64,000 bases of DNA. It comes from an uncultured Desulfatibacillum sp. (GTDB lineage Bacteria > Desulfobacterota > Desulfobacteria > Desulfobacterales > SpSt-501). Where the stretch lies: assembly GCA_964427375.1 (NCBI GenBank), contig CAYRUF010000020.1, forward strand, positions 563 to 64,562, given 5' to 3'. Numbering within the stretch: the stretch's first letter is position 1; every line of letters starts with the position of its first letter. The notes under the pieces are model-generated. The model was given only the letters and a program-made list of their open reading frames with translations, was not told the origin of the DNA and did no database searches. Shown here one piece after another: positions 37,604-46,612 of the stretch. A program made the translations under genes and the position numbers.

Positions 37604-37957
37604 CTAGAACAGCTTCAGCTGTTCACCGTTTGGAGTGGCCGGCGGAAACTTTTTGACGATCGAAAGGTGGTCCTCCGCTTCCGCGGAAAGATTGGCGCCG
37701 TTCAGCATCAGATACAGGAAGGCAAACCCCTGTTTAAACCCCCGATTGAAAGCATAGTCGTAATTGTCCGCCTTCTTCCGGAGGACTTCAATTTCCTGCT
37801 CGAGGCCCATACTCCCAATTTCCGTGAGCATTGCGTTTTCGAGAGCATCTTCCACAAAATCGAGGAACCGGATGCCGAAGCGATCGCAGTGCTCGCGAAG
37901 CTGCAGGTACAAGTCACGGTTGATTCGTATGAGCGAATCCGTTGGTTTGCCCGGCAT
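37604..37957 (-). CDS. hypothetical protein (putative ribbon-helix-helix N-terminus, C-terminal QLKLF)
   Basis: 117 aa ORF with GGA RBS-like stretch filling a visibly lower-GC intergenic space. Confidence 0.6.
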   Translation of the reverse strand: MPGKPTDSLIRINRDLYLQLREHCDRFGIRFLDFVEDALENAMLTEIGSMGLEQEIEVLRKKADNYDYAFNRGFKQGFAFLYLMLNGANLSAEAEDHLSIVKKFPPATPNGEQLKLF

Positions 37958-38136
37958 GGGTCCACTTCATTTTGGGATTGGTGGTTGATGAACTGGATTT
38001 CATCATGAAAATTGCCGATTTCAGCGCACCGTGTCAAGGAAGTTTCAGGGAAGGCGGCTCCGCGGGCACGCAGGCGCCGCATGGCGGGCGTCAGCTGCCG
38101 AACCGGACCAACCCAGGCCCCCGCAGCAACATTGTT

Positions 38137-38165
38137 TTGACAGCGTCCCCGATGGGGAATACTAT
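38137..38165 (+). promoter_or_regulatory. sigma70 promoter of the SGNH gene
   Basis: TTGACA N17 TACTAT; spacer contains TCCCC-GAT-GGGGA. Confidence 0.6.
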
Positions 38166-38293
38166 AGCGCTGTTGAAGGGACGGGCAGGGCATCTTCAGC
38201 GTCGCTAGCGGCGCCACCCAAGACCAGAAGGTCACTTTTCGGACCCGCTCCGAGGACGCCACCGGCACCCATCCGGTCAGAAAGGAGGATGTA

Positions 38294-39232
38294 ATGGCGA
38301 TGGACAAGAGCATCCGGCACGCGATGAAAGCCGGACGACAGCAGGCTGACGAGGTATTGAAGTTTCGCGCCAGAGAGCTGCGGCGGCGAGTGGACGCAGT
38401 CCAGCGGCAGCCGGCGGCGGTGCGAGCCGCGCGAGGTCCGGCGGTGCCGGCCCCGAGGCTGGTTCGCGCGGCCGGGGGGCCCGGCTCCGCCGGCGTGCTG
38501 GTGGCGGAGGGCGACTCCTGGTTCGACTATCCCCTCAACGACATCCTGCGGCTGCTCGAGGACCACCACGGCTACGATGTCGAGTCGGTGGCCCACAAGG
38601 GAGACCGGGTGGAGGACATGGCCTACGGCTCCGGGCAATTCGAGGAATTCGCGCGGCGGCTCGAAAAACTCCTGCGGCAGAACATCATCCCCAAGGCCAT
38701 CTTGCTGTCCGGAGGGGGCAACGACATCGCCGGCGAGGAGTTCGGAATGCTCATCAACCATGCCCTTTCTCCGGCGGCGGGGCTCAACGAGCAGGTCCTC
38801 AGCGGCGTGATCGACGAACGCATCAAATTCGCCTACATCACCATCCTCAGCGCCATTACCCGTATCTGCGAGCAGCGCCTCAACGGCCCCATCAAAATCC
38901 TCACCCACGGGTACGATTACCCGGTTCCGGACGGACGCGGGTTTTTAGGCGGCTGGTGGATCCTGCCCGGGCCCTGGCTGGAGCCGGGATTCCGGCAGAA
39001 GGGGTATGACGACCTTGCGGTCCGGGTGAATCTCGCCAAGCGCCTGATCGATCGTTTCAACGACATGCTCAAGGCCATCGTGGCCCTGCCCGAATTCGCG
39101 CATGTCCAGCATATCGACCTCCGGAACACGCTGTCCACCGGGAGCAACTACAAGCGGGACTGGGCCAATGAACTGCACCCCACCTTGGCCGGATTCAGGC
39201 GGGTGACCGAGCGCTTCGCCGCGGCGATTTAA
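38294..39232 (+). CDS. SGNH/GDSL hydrolase family protein
   Basis: AEGDSWF (block I), LSGGGNDI (block III), NELHPT (block V); AAGGAGG RBS. Confidence 0.85.
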   Translation: MAMDKSIRHAMKAGRQQADEVLKFRARELRRRVDAVQRQPAAVRAARGPAVPAPRLVRAAGGPGSAGVLVAEGDSWFDYPLNDILRLLEDHHGYDVESVAHKGDRVEDMAYGSGQFEEFARRLEKLLRQNIIPKAILLSGGGNDIAGEEFGMLINHALSPAAGLNEQVLSGVIDERIKFAYITILSAITRICEQRLNGPIKILTHGYDYPVPDGRGFLGGWWILPGPWLEPGFRQKGYDDLAVRVNLAKRLIDRFNDMLKAIVALPEFAHVQHIDLRNTLSTGSNYKRDWANELHPTLAGFRRVTERFAAAI

Positions 39233-39291
39233 CGGCGGCTTCACGAATCGTCCGGTTCATTCCGGCCATCCAAACTGTCCGATGAGGCCGC

Positions 39292-40800
39292 GTGTCGTCC
39301 TTGAGCGCCATCCACCGTGCGGTGTTCCCCGCCCTGGAACTCTTGATCGGCATGGGCATCGCGCAGATCCTTGCGACCGCGCAGGTGTATGTTTCCAACC
39401 ACCGGCTCTTCGCGCAGATCCTGGCGGTGGCCGACGCCGGGTTTCTGCCCGTTCCCAACCAGATCGTGCTTCCCCGCCTGCTGGATCTGGAAACCGCCTT
39501 CTGCGGAGGATTGCTGTTCACGCTCAGCGTCGGGGCGGGGTTGGCGCTGCTCAGCGCGGCCGCGGCCCAACTGTGGCGCCGGTTCAACCGCGGCCGTCGA
39601 ACCGCGGCCGCGGGGTTGGCCGCCGTCCTGGCGGCCGCCGTCGCATGCCTGAACCTTCGAGGCTTTGACGTCTGGGTGACGCTTTACCTGATCGCGATCC
39701 CGCCGGCCGTCTTTTGGCTGGCCGGCCGGTCGCCGTTCGCGCGGCGCACCCCGCCGGGCCTGCGATGGGCGGCCCTGCGTTTCCTGCCCCTGGCCGTGCT
39801 GGCGCTCGGATGGTTCACTCAGTACGACCGCAGCCTGTTCGTCGACCTGCGCGACCATCTGCTCCTGTCCAACACGGCGGGCCAGCGGATCAGTGCGTTC
39901 TACTACCGGTACACCCTTTATCCGGCCGAGGTTTTCAAGACCTTCGACCAGCGGCTCATCAAAACGGTCGCCGCTCCGGATGCGGACTGGGGCCGTCGTC
40001 ACCCTGCCATACAGCGGGAGTTGATCCGGATGGATTATCTGCCCGTCGGAGCCGCCCCGGAGGCGGATATCGTCCTGAGATTCGAGGGGGACCGCCTCGC
40101 CCTTCTGCATCGTGGAAGCGTCGTCTGGGAAAATACGATCGACCGCTTCTTGGCCGACCCGCGCCGGGCCGCGGCCGAGGTCTCGGCCGAAGCCGACCGC
40201 TTCGGCTTATTTCGCCGCGTCACCTTCTACGGGGTCCTGCTGGCATTCCCGATCAGCCTTTACGTGTTCTTGTTTGCGCTGCTGCGCCTGGCGGCCGGCC
40301 TCGTCCTGAACCCGCACCGGGCGGAGGCCGCTGCGGCCGCCGCCTGCCTGCTGATCGGAGCGGCGGTCCTGGCCGGCTTCCATCTCAGTCGAGAGGATGC
40401 GCCCCCGCCCGGCGCCATCGACGCCGCGCTGGCATCCGATCGCTGGCAGCAGCGCGTCGCCGGGCTCAAAGCGATCCACGACCGCCGTGAAGACGTGACC
40501 GCCCGCCCTGCGTATGCGCGCATGCTGCACAGCCCTTATCCGCAGGAGCGCTACTGGCTGGCGCGCGCGTTGGGGGCCAGCCCGAACCCGGCGGCATTCA
40601 TCGATTTGATCGGCCTGCTGGACGATCCGCAGATCAATGTGCGGACCATGGCGCTCCAAGCGCTCGCCCAGCGCCGGGATCCGCGCGCCGTGAACCCGAT
40701 CCTGAAGCTGCTGAAGACCTCCGACGATTGGTATGACCAACTCTACGCCTACCAGGCCCTGAGGACGAACCTGCGATGGGATCAGACCCGATTGCATTGA
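39292..40800 (+). CDS. membrane protein with C-terminal HEAT repeats
   Basis: Several TM helices, soluble loop, HEAT-like repeats (ERYWLARALG, NVRTMALQALA). Confidence 0.7.
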   Translation: MSSLSAIHRAVFPALELLIGMGIAQILATAQVYVSNHRLFAQILAVADAGFLPVPNQIVLPRLLDLETAFCGGLLFTLSVGAGLALLSAAAAQLWRRFNRGRRTAAAGLAAVLAAAVACLNLRGFDVWVTLYLIAIPPAVFWLAGRSPFARRTPPGLRWAALRFLPLAVLALGWFTQYDRSLFVDLRDHLLLSNTAGQRISAFYYRYTLYPAEVFKTFDQRLIKTVAAPDADWGRRHPAIQRELIRMDYLPVGAAPEADIVLRFEGDRLALLHRGSVVWENTIDRFLADPRRAAAEVSAEADRFGLFRRVTFYGVLLAFPISLYVFLFALLRLAAGLVLNPHRAEAAAAAACLLIGAAVLAGFHLSREDAPPPGAIDAALASDRWQQRVAGLKAIHDRREDVTARPAYARMLHSPYPQERYWLARALGASPNPAAFIDLIGLLDDPQINVRTMALQALAQRRDPRAVNPILKLLKTSDDWYDQLYAYQALRTNLRWDQTRLH

Positions 40801-41420
40801 GGACCCTGGCGCTGGCCACCGCGGGGGTGGTTGCCTGCGAGAGCCTCGGCCGCTGGGCCATTGCGCAATACGGAGTCGACCCGATGGCGGGCATCGGCTG
40901 GGCGCGCCTGGCGGATATCGCCTGGATGGTGCTGATCATCGCCCGTAGCCCGAACGGGTGGAGCCGGGCCGGGCTGGCGCGCTCCCGGTGGAAGACCGGT
41001 CTGGTCCGGGGACTCGTCTGGTCGGCGGGTTTCGGGATCCTGGCCCTAGCCGGGTATGCCGTGCTTCATTGGGCGGGATTCGACCCCCTGCGGATCATCC
41101 GCCCCGGTCCGACCGCGCATTTCCCCCGGCCGGTGCTTCTTTTTCTGGTCGGCGGACTCATCGCGCCGGTCGCAGAAGAAATCTATTTTCGAGGTCTGAT
41201 GTACGGATATTGCCGGCGCTGGGGTTTCGGGCCGGCCCTGTTGTTGAGCACGCTCGTGTTCACCTTTTTGCACGGCAACACCCCCGGTGCCCCCATCCCT
41301 CAACTCGTCGGCGGTCTGGTATTCGCGACGGCCTATGAAGTCGAGAAAAGCCTGCTCGTCCCGATCCTGATCCACATTCTCGGAAACACCGCCATCTTCA
41401 GCATCACCCTCTGGCTGTGA
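40776..41420 (+). CDS. CPBP (CAAX/Abi) intramembrane metalloprotease
   Basis: AEEIYFRG, FTFLH, HILGN motifs. Confidence 0.88.
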   Translation: MGSDPIALRTLALATAGVVACESLGRWAIAQYGVDPMAGIGWARLADIAWMVLIIARSPNGWSRAGLARSRWKTGLVRGLVWSAGFGILALAGYAVLHWAGFDPLRIIRPGPTAHFPRPVLLFLVGGLIAPVAEEIYFRGLMYGYCRRWGFGPALLLSTLVFTFLHGNTPGAPIPQLVGGLVFATAYEVEKSLLVPILIHILGNTAIFSITLWL

Positions 41421-41477
41421 TTCGGTTTAAGGTTTCTAAATTACATTAAAAACCTTTAACCCGCCTGTATTTTTCTC

Positions 41478-41530
41478 TTGACTATTCACATGTTTTATTA
41501 TTTAATGGAGCAAAGTGGCGGAAAGTGGGT
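41478..41530 (+). promoter_or_regulatory. dcw promoter with MraZ-binding direct repeats
   Basis: TTGACT N17 TTTAAT; ATGGAG/GTGGCG/GTGGGT at 10 bp spacing (41505, 41515, 41525). Confidence 0.7.
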
Positions 41531-41544
41531 AATATTTGACGGAC

Positions 41545-41991
41545 ATGTTTCGCGGAAGCTCATACCACACGATCGACGACAAGGGTCGCATCGTCATCCC
41601 CTCCCGATTCCGGGTGCTCGCACGCTCGGAGGACGGCGAGGGGATCATGGTCTCGCGCATGGATCAATGTCTGGTCGCTTTCCCGATGGCCGCGTGGCAC
41701 CGGCTGGAAGAACGGATTCTGCAACTGGCCGAAAAAAGCGACATCATGCGCCGCTTCCGCCGGGTGTTCATTGGTGGAGCCCACGAATGCACCTGCGACC
41801 GGCAGGACCGCATTCTCATCCCGCCCGTTCTGAGGCAATACGCGGGTCTGAACCGGGATATCGTGTTGGTGGGGGTCCTCGACCATTTCGAGATCTGGTC
41901 CCGAGAAAACTTCGAGAACGAAGAGCGGATGCTCTTGAACGATCTCAAGAACCCGGAGGCCCGCAACGACATCGCCAAACTCGGCATATGA
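41545..41991 (+). CDS. mraZ: division/cell wall cluster repressor MraZ
   Basis: MFRG, IDDKGRIVIPSRFR, DRQDRILIP, HFEIWS. Confidence 0.95.
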   Translation: MFRGSSYHTIDDKGRIVIPSRFRVLARSEDGEGIMVSRMDQCLVAFPMAAWHRLEERILQLAEKSDIMRRFRRVFIGGAHECTCDRQDRILIPPVLRQYAGLNRDIVLVGVLDHFEIWSRENFENEERMLLNDLKNPEARNDIAKLGI

Positions 41992-42928
41992 ACCCCCGGC
42001 GTATCGCCATGTCCCGGCCATGCTGACCGAGGTGCTGGCCTACCTCAACTGCCGACCGGGAGGAGTTTATGCCGACGGTACGCTCGGCGGCGCCGGTCAT
42101 GCCCGGGCCATTCTCAGGCAAAACGCGCCCGACGGGCTGCTCATCGGTCTGGACCAGGATGCGGATGCCGTCGCCAACGCCCGGAGCCTTCTGGCGGACG
42201 AAGCCGAACGAGTTCGGCTGTTCCACCGCAATTTTGCGCAGCTTGCCGACGTGCTTCGAGAGCTCGGATTGAAAGGGGTGGACGGCATCCTCCTCGATCT
42301 GGGAATTTCGCTGCACCACTTGCAGGGCAGCGGACGGGGGTTCAGCTTCCAGCGGGACGAACCGCTGGACATGCGGATGGACACCCGGACGGACCAGACG
42401 GCGGCCGACCTGGTCAACCGCTTGAAGGAAGACGAGTTGCGGCGCATCTTTCAAGAGTATGGCGAAGAGCGCTGGTCCGGCCGCATCGCCCGCCGCATCG
42501 TCCATGCGCGGCGGCGCCAGCCGGTCCGCTCCAGCGGCGAATTGGCCCGCCTGGTGTGCGCGGCGGTTCCCGGCGGCGGCCGGTCCCGGATTCACCCGGC
42601 GACCCGGGTTTTCATGGCCCTGCGGATCGCCGTCAATGACGAGCTGGCCCGCCTCTCGGAATTCCTGGGCCAGGCACCGGCGATGCTCAATCCCGGCGGG
42701 CGCCTGTGCATCCTGACCTTCCATTCGCTGGAGGATCGCATCGTCAAGCAGCGTTTCAAGGCCATGGAAAAAACCTGCCGCCGCGGCTCGGAGCCGAACG
42801 ACATGGCCGGCCGGCCGGAAAAAATTCTGAAAATCCTGACCCGCAAAGTCGTCCGCCCCGCCCCGGATGAAATCGCCGCCAATCCGATGGCCCGCAGCAC
42901 CAAGCTTCGCGCGGCCGAACGGATCTGA
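41988..42928 (+). CDS. rsmH: 16S rRNA m4C1402 methyltransferase RsmH (apparent 1-nt frameshift near 5' end)
   Basis: DGTLGGAGH, LDLGIS, PLDMRMD, HPATRVF.ALRIAVN, FHSLEDRIVK; long frame starts 42020 but the HVP motif upstream is reached from ATG 41988 only with a -1 shift. Confidence 0.88.
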
Positions 42929-42973
42929 CAGGGGCCCGGCCGGGGGATGGACGTGGAAACCCAGGAAGCCGCG

Positions 42974-43273
42974 ATGACCGACCCGACAGCGAAAAGCCGA
43001 CGCCGCCCCCCCAGATTGCTCGTCCTGTGGATCGCGCTGTTGTGCGTCTTCATCGTCGAACTCCTGATCTACACCTGGGTGCGGGTCCAATGCGTGCGGG
43101 TGGGGTATGAAATCTCCGCATTGACCAAGGAGCAGCAGCGCCTGACCGAGCTGCAGGCCAACCTCAAGGTGGAGCTCGCCCGCCTGCGGGCCCCCCAGCG
43201 CATCATCCGGATTGCGCAGGAAAAGCTGGGGCTGACGCTGCCCACCTCCAAGCAAATGATGGTAATGCCCTGA
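42974..43273 (+). CDS. ftsL: cell division protein FtsL
   Basis: Single TM, coiled coil, LRAPQRIIRIAQEKLGL; position between rsmH and ftsI. Confidence 0.85.
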   Translation: MTDPTAKSRRRPPRLLVLWIALLCVFIVELLIYTWVRVQCVRVGYEISALTKEQQRLTELQANLKVELARLRAPQRIIRIAQEKLGLTLPTSKQMMVMP

Positions 43274-45006
43274 TGAACGCGCGCGCCAAATACATCCGTC
43301 TCCGCATCCTGCTGGTCGGCGTGGTCTTTGCGATGGCCTTTGTCGCGATCGGCAGCAAGGCCCTTCTGCTTCAAGTTTACCAGGGCTCCTGGCTGTCCCG
43401 CAAGGCGTCCGATCAGGTGGAGGATTCGCTTAAAGCCGTGGGCAAGCGCGGCACGATTTTCGATCGCCGGGGCCATGCGATGGCGGTCAGCATCGACGTC
43501 ACCTCCATCGCCGTGCGGCCGTCCCAGGTGAAGGCGCCCGAAGCGGCGGCGAAGGAGCTCGCCCGGGTTCTGAAGCGAACCCCGCAGGAGATGAAAGAAC
43601 GGCTGGCCAGCCGCAAGCCGTTCGTGTGGATCAAGCGCCAGGCCACGCCGAAGGAAGCCGAAGCGGTCAAGCAGTTGCAGATCCCCGGAATCGAATTCGT
43701 GTCCGAGACCAGCCGCTTCTATCCCAACCGCGCGCTGGCGGCCCACGTGCTGGGATTCACCGGCATGGACGGCCGGGGGCTGGAAGGCGTCGAGTTCTTC
43801 TACGACCGACACCTGCGCGGCGCCGACACCAGCGTCAAGGTCCTGCGGGACGCCCACGGCAACGGGTTCCAGTCGGAATCACCGCCGGACGAAGACGCCA
43901 GCGGCAAAAACCTGGTCCTGACGCTGGATCAGAGCATTCAGTTCGCGGCCGAAACGGCCCTGGCCGATGCCGTTGAAAAGACCAAGGCCAAGTCCGGAAT
44001 CGCCATCGTGATGGCGCCGGGAACCGGAGAAATCCTGGCCCTGGCGCTGGCCCCGGCGTTCAACCCGAACGCGTTTGACGACGCCAAGAAAGCGCTCTGG
44101 CGCAATCGCGCCATCACCGACCCCTTCGAGCCCGGGTCGACGCTCAAGGTCTTCAGCGCCGCCGCCGCACTCGAGTTCGCCAACCTCTCGCCCAAGACGA
44201 CGTTCAACTGCGAAAACGGCGCCTATCGCATCGGCAAGAACACCGTGCACGACGTCCACCGTTACGGCCTGCTGACCCTGCAAGACATCATCAAGTACTC
44301 GAGCAACATCGGCGCCGTGAAGATCAGCGAACGGGTCGGGCCGGAGAAGCTCCACCACACCCTGCGCCTGTTCGGCTTCGGCCAGAAAACGGGCATCGAC
44401 AGTCCGGCCGAGACCACCGGCCTGCTCATGCACCACAAGCACTGGACGGGCATCGACACGGCCGCCATCTCGTTCGGCCACGGGGTTTCCGTATCGGCGG
44501 TCCAGTTGATCACCGCGTTTTCCGCCATCGCCAACGACGGCGTGCTGATGCGGCCGCGCATCGTCCAGGCCATCACCGACCAGCAGGGCCAGATCCTGCA
44601 GCAGTTCGCACCCGAGGCGGTGCGGCGGGTCGTTTCGTCGCAGACGGCCTCCACCCTCCGGGACATTCTCCAGACGGTGATGCTGCCCGGCGGCACCGGC
44701 GTGAATGCCGCCCTGGACGGATACAGCGCCTGCGGCAAGACCGGCACGGCCCGCAAGATCGACGACGGCGGCACCTACTCCAACGATCGGCACGTGGCCT
44801 CGTTCATCGGATTTGCGCCGGCCGAAGATGCGCAGGTCGCCGTCCTGGTCGTCATCGACGAGCCCAAAGGCCAGATCTACGGGGGCGCCGTGGCCGCCCC
44901 GGTATTCAAGAAAATCGCCCAGATCGCGCTCAACTATCTGAACGTGCCGCCGCGCCCCGCCACGGAGCGGCTGCGGGTCGCATGGGACCACGGAGGCCGC
45001 GGATGA
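43273..45006 (+). CDS. ftsI: PBP3 transpeptidase FtsI
   Basis: EPGSTLK (SxxK), YSSNIG (SxN), GKTGTA (KTG). Confidence 0.93.
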   Translation: MNARAKYIRLRILLVGVVFAMAFVAIGSKALLLQVYQGSWLSRKASDQVEDSLKAVGKRGTIFDRRGHAMAVSIDVTSIAVRPSQVKAPEAAAKELARVLKRTPQEMKERLASRKPFVWIKRQATPKEAEAVKQLQIPGIEFVSETSRFYPNRALAAHVLGFTGMDGRGLEGVEFFYDRHLRGADTSVKVLRDAHGNGFQSESPPDEDASGKNLVLTLDQSIQFAAETALADAVEKTKAKSGIAIVMAPGTGEILALALAPAFNPNAFDDAKKALWRNRAITDPFEPGSTLKVFSAAAALEFANLSPKTTFNCENGAYRIGKNTVHDVHRYGLLTLQDIIKYSSNIGAVKISERVGPEKLHHTLRLFGFGQKTGIDSPAETTGLLMHHKHWTGIDTAAISFGHGVSVSAVQLITAFSAIANDGVLMRPRIVQAITDQQGQILQQFAPEAVRRVVSSQTASTLRDILQTVMLPGGTGVNAALDGYSACGKTGTARKIDDGGTYSNDRHVASFIGFAPAEDAQVAVLVVIDEPKGQIYGGAVAAPVFKKIAQIALNYLNVPPRPATERLRVAWDHGGRG

Positions 45007-46526
45007 ACGTCGCCCGTCTAATGGCGGCTTTGAGTCCCTGCGCCGTTCACGGCCTGCAGGGCGAGGGGCCCGAGGTGGCGGCCCTGCACTACCGCTCCCA
45101 GGAGGTGCGGCCCGGCGGGGTTTTCGTGGCCATTCGCGGACAGGTCGCCGACGGCCATGACTTCATCGACGACGCCCGCCGGCGGGGGGCGGCTGCCGTC
45201 GTCACGGAGAAACCGGTCGCCGGCGCCGGGGTGGTCGTCACCGTGCCCGACACGCGGCGGGCCCTGGCCGAGCTGGCCGCGGCGTTTTACGGGCGCCCGT
45301 CGGAGCAGCTGACCGTGGTCGCCGTCACCGGCACCAACGGCAAGACCACCACCACCTATCTCGTCGAGGGCATCCTCCGGCAGGCCGGCCGCCCCACCGG
45401 GGTCATCGGGACCATCAACTATCGGCACTCGGGCATCTCTCATCCCAGCCCGACCACCACCCCCGAATCCCTGGACCTTCAGCGAATCCTGGCGGAGATG
45501 CGGGCCGCGGGCGTTTCGCACGTCGTCCTCGAGGCGTCCTCCCACGCCATCGATCTGCAGCGCATCCACGCCTGCTCGATCGACGTCGGCGTGTTCACCA
45601 ATCTGAGCCAGGACCACCTCGACTTCCACGGCAGCATGCCGGCCTACTGGGCGGTCAAGAAGCGGTTGTTCACCCACTTTCTGGCCTCCGGCCCCAAGGC
45701 CGGCCGGGCCGTTGCCGTCGTGAATACGGACAGCGCCCACGGCCGCGAACTGGCCGAGCAGCCGGGGCTTCGCGTGATCCGCGCCGGCAGCGGGGCGGAC
45801 TGCCGCGTGCGCGGCGAAAATTGGTCCTGCGACTTGCGGGGCATTCGCGGCGCCATCGTTTTCGGCGGGCGGCGCATCGCGATCCGCTCGCGCCTGGTGG
45901 GCCGCCACAACATCGAGAACCTGCTGTGCGCCGCCGGCGTGGGCGCGGCCCTGGGCATCGATCCCGAAGTGATCGGCGCCGGCTTGGAAGCCGTCGGCCG
46001 CGTCCCCGGGAGGCTGGAGCGGGTCGAGAGCCGGAGCGGCCGATGGGTCTACGTGGACTACTCCCACACCCCCGACGCTCTCGAAAATGCGCTTTCCGCC
46101 CTGCGCGCGCTCACGGCGGGACGGATCATCTGCGTGTTCGGCTGCGGCGGCGACCGCGACCGCACCAAACGCCCGATCATGGGCGCCATCGCGGCGCGGC
46201 TGAGCGACCTCGCCGTCGTGACATCCGACAACCCCCGCACCGAAGATCCGGTCGCCATTTTGGATCAGATCGTTCCGGGGATCCGCGCCCAGGGCGTCGC
46301 GCCGATCGACGCCCGCGCCATCGATCCATCGGCCGGAAGCAAGGGCTTCGTGGTCGAACCGGACCGGCGCAAGGCCATTGGCCTGGGGATCCGCGCCGCG
46401 CGGCCGGGGGACGCCGTGCTGATCGCGGGCAAGGGGCACGAACCGTATCAGATCATCGGCCATCAGGCCATCCACTTCGATGACCGCGAAGAGGCGGCCG
46501 CCGTGTTGGCCGCATTGCAGGACTGA
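45003..46526 (+). CDS. murE: UDP-MurNAc-tripeptide synthetase (meso-DAP)
   Basis: VTGTNGKTT, TTPES, FTNLSQDHLD, VDYSHTPD, DNPR, GKGHE. Confidence 0.95.
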   Translation: MNVARLMAALSPCAVHGLQGEGPEVAALHYRSQEVRPGGVFVAIRGQVADGHDFIDDARRRGAAAVVTEKPVAGAGVVVTVPDTRRALAELAAAFYGRPSEQLTVVAVTGTNGKTTTTYLVEGILRQAGRPTGVIGTINYRHSGISHPSPTTTPESLDLQRILAEMRAAGVSHVVLEASSHAIDLQRIHACSIDVGVFTNLSQDHLDFHGSMPAYWAVKKRLFTHFLASGPKAGRAVAVVNTDSAHGRELAEQPGLRVIRAGSGADCRVRGENWSCDLRGIRGAIVFGGRRIAIRSRLVGRHNIENLLCAAGVGAALGIDPEVIGAGLEAVGRVPGRLERVESRSGRWVYVDYSHTPDALENALSALRALTAGRIICVFGCGGDRDRTKRPIMGAIAARLSDLAVVTSDNPRTEDPVAILDQIVPGIRAQGVAPIDARAIDPSAGSKGFVVEPDRRKAIGLGIRAARPGDAVLIAGKGHEPYQIIGHQAIHFDDREEAAAVLAALQD

Positions 46527-46601
46527 GGGATGAGGACTGAGGACTGAGTCTAAAAACCGTCAGAGGCTGGGGAACATTTTCGCTCAGCCCTCAGTCCTCA
46601 G
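46519..46601. repeat. inverted pair of heptamer tandem arrays (AGGACTG)
   Basis: AGGACTG AGGGATG AGGACTG AGGACTG (46519-46546) facing CTCAGCCCTCAGTCCTCAG (46583-46601). Confidence 0.7.
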
Positions 46602-46612
46602 AACTGACTGAC

